A DNA stretch of 64,000 bases, taken from Octopus bimaculoides. Its lineage: Eukaryota. The stretch is taken from the NCBI RefSeq assembly GCF_001194135.2, contig NC_068994.1, forward strand, positions 17,741,546 through 17,805,545, read 5' to 3'. Both the position numbers and the translations under genes were made by a program. Every line of letters begins with the position of its first letter. Within the stretch, counting starts at the first letter, position 1. This document shows, piece by piece, positions 61,964-64,000 of this stretch. The notes under the pieces are model-generated. The model searched no databases. It was given only the letters and a program-made list of their open reading frames with translations, and was not told where the DNA came from.

Positions 61964-62378
61964 TAGGCGCAGGAGTGGCTGTGTGGTAAGTAGCTTGCTT
62001 ATCAAACACATGGTTCCGGGTTCAGTCCCACTGCGTGGCACCTTGGGCAAGTGTCTTCTACTATAGCCTTGGGCCGACCAAAGCCTTGTGAGTGGATTTG
62101 GTAGACGGAAACTGAAAGAAGCCCGTCGTATATATGTATATATATATATGCGTATGTGTGTCTGTGTTTGTCCCCCCAACATCGCTTGACAACGGATGCT
62201 GGTGTGTTTACGTCCCCGTCACTTAGCGGTTTCACAAAAGAGACCGATAGAATAAGTACTAGGCTTACAAAGAATAAGTCCTGGGGTCGATTTGCTCGAG
62301 TAAAGGCGGTGCTCCAGCATGGCCGCAGTCAAATTATTGAAACAAGTAAAAGAATAAAAGAGAGTAAAGAGAGATAAG
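61964..62378 (+). mobile_element. SINE family A ending ~15 nt from an FH splice donor
   Basis: Near-consensus copy; partial copies also at 5993-6170, 8020-8250, 40184-40350, 46240-46350, 59345-59490. Confidence 0.85.
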
Positions 62379-62393
62379 ATAAATGACACTTAC

Positions 62394-62570
62394 TTGGCTC
62401 ATATTTACATGATCATTTGGATGCACAGGGTCCTTGCTGCCAAGCTGACCACCAAGTAACTGAATGGCTCGGTTGCTAATCACTTCATTGACATTCATAT
62501 TTGTCTGTGTGCCAGAACCTGTCTGCCACACGACAAGAGGGAAATGGTCCATAAGTTCACCAGAACTCAC
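62394..62570 (-). CDS. FH: Fumarate hydratase exon (first visible; upstream exons outside window)
   Basis: [59 protein letters not shown]; cAG|GTG acceptor, CAA|GTAAGT donor; 177 nt. Confidence 0.97.
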
Positions 62571-62874
62571 CTGAACAGAAATAAAGAAAAATGAAATCAA
62601 ACATTAGATTAACTAAAAAAAATGGCCTATTGTATGTGTGTGTGTCTACGCATGCAAGTGCAAGTAAATATGGCTAAATGGAGAAACCTTGGATTGGATT
62701 GGACTGCCCATGTTCAGTCCACTGCAAGATGAGGGCCTCAGCATGTTCTCTCCATCAATCATGGTCTGATGTAGAGGCCATGAATTTTAGCTTGAGATCA
62801 TACTGGTTTGATGAGCCTACCCTGCCACACTGGCTTGACAGAGAGATGCAGTTTTTTTCTTTTATTCATATACA

Positions 62875-63855
62875 GGGGTAGTTAAGTCAATTACATCCAC
62901 CCCAGTGCTCAACTGGTATTTATTTTATTGACTCTGAATAGAAGAAAGGCAAAGTCAATCTCAATAGAATTTGAACTCATAATGTAAAGATGGTCAAAAT
63001 GCTACTAAGCATTTCACCTGGCATGCTAACGATTCTGCCAGCTCGTTGCCTTACAGCCTTACATATACATAACTATGACTAGTGTAGTTAGACTGAGAAA
63101 TATTTGTTGTTTTTTTACCTTCCTTCCTAGTGTCATGTTAAAGGTAGATTATTGTTGGAGATCCAATCCCTGGGTATTCCTTATTAAACTTCTCATGACA
63201 AGATATGATATAGATATTAACAATGAAGAAGATGACAAACACATAATTAATATTCATGACACAGTTTTTGAAAAGATGAGGTACTCTGTTTTAATTTTGT
63301 AATGTGAAGAAACATGTATTATATTGCTAACTGCACTTAAGTAGTAAAAGTAATAATAATAATAATAATAATCCTTTCTACCATAAGTACAAGGCCTGAA
63401 ATTTTGGGGATGGGGGCTAGTCGATTACATCAATTCCAGTGTGTAACTGGAAGTCAATTACATCGACCCCAGTGTTTCACTGGTACTTATTTTATTGACA
63501 CTGAAAGGAAGAAAGGCAAAGTCAACGTCGGCAGGATTTGAACTCAAAATGTGAAGATAGATGAAATGCTGTTAAGCATTTTGCCCAGTGTGGTAACGAT
63601 TCTTCCAGCCCGCCACCATAATAATAATAATAATAATAACAATCCTTTCTACTAAAGGCACAAGGCCTGAAATATTGAGGGTGGGGGATTGTCGTTCACA
63701 TTGACCCTAGTGATTCACTGGTACTTAATTTATCAACCCTGAAAGGATGAAAGGCAAAGTTGACCATGGCAGTATTTGAACTCAGAACATAGTGATGAGC
63801 AAAATGCCGCTAAGCATTTTGCCCAGCATGTTAATAATTCTGCCAGCTCGCTGCC

Positions 63856-63900
<45 letters not shown>
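62875..63900 (-). mobile_element. Cluster of three SINE family D copies (62875-63060, 63370-63620, 63635-63860) with (TAA)n spacers
   Basis: Each reverse complement matches 33505-33745. Confidence 0.75.
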
Positions 63901-64000
63901 GATAAAAGATTTTAAAAAATGAAGGCAAGTTGAATTTTAGTCACATGTAAAAGAGAATATTTTAAAGAATGAATAAATTAGTTTTGATAAGTTTCATGCC

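Noticed and set aside
62571-64000. Further FH exons
   Set aside because: No minus-strand segment resembling ...KAFGILKRAAA...AADE found; the 5' exons must lie beyond the window

Overview
AT-rich, repeat-dense animal DNA with short N gaps. The SINE/LINE repertoire suggests Octopus, which is an inference. Two spliced genes converge tail-to-tail. SMYD5 (+) is complete: 12 coding exons, 10951..44307, 392 aa, with one GC-AG intron. Fumarate hydratase FH (-) is represented by its last 6 coding exons, 62570..45778, 384 aa; its 5' exons lie beyond the window. Their stop codons are about 1.47 kb apart and their polyA signals are interleaved. The rest is mostly mobile DNA: tRNA-derived SINEs of at least three families, RTE LINE copies and tails, and HERO-, CR1-, Gypsy-, Academ- and pogo-like relics. 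There are also TTAA piggyBac MITEs with an internally deleted piggyBac relative, and hAT MITEs with intact 8-bp TSDs. The most unusual observation is a complete type III hammerhead-ribozyme fold at 57516..57719, whose helix III is an ~85-bp near-perfect inverted repeat. It sits in an FH intron, antisense to FH, about 50 nt from a splice donor. Further minimal hammerhead-like motifs occur at 2009, 43102 and 57338. All alignments were done by eye; no searches or folding programs were run.
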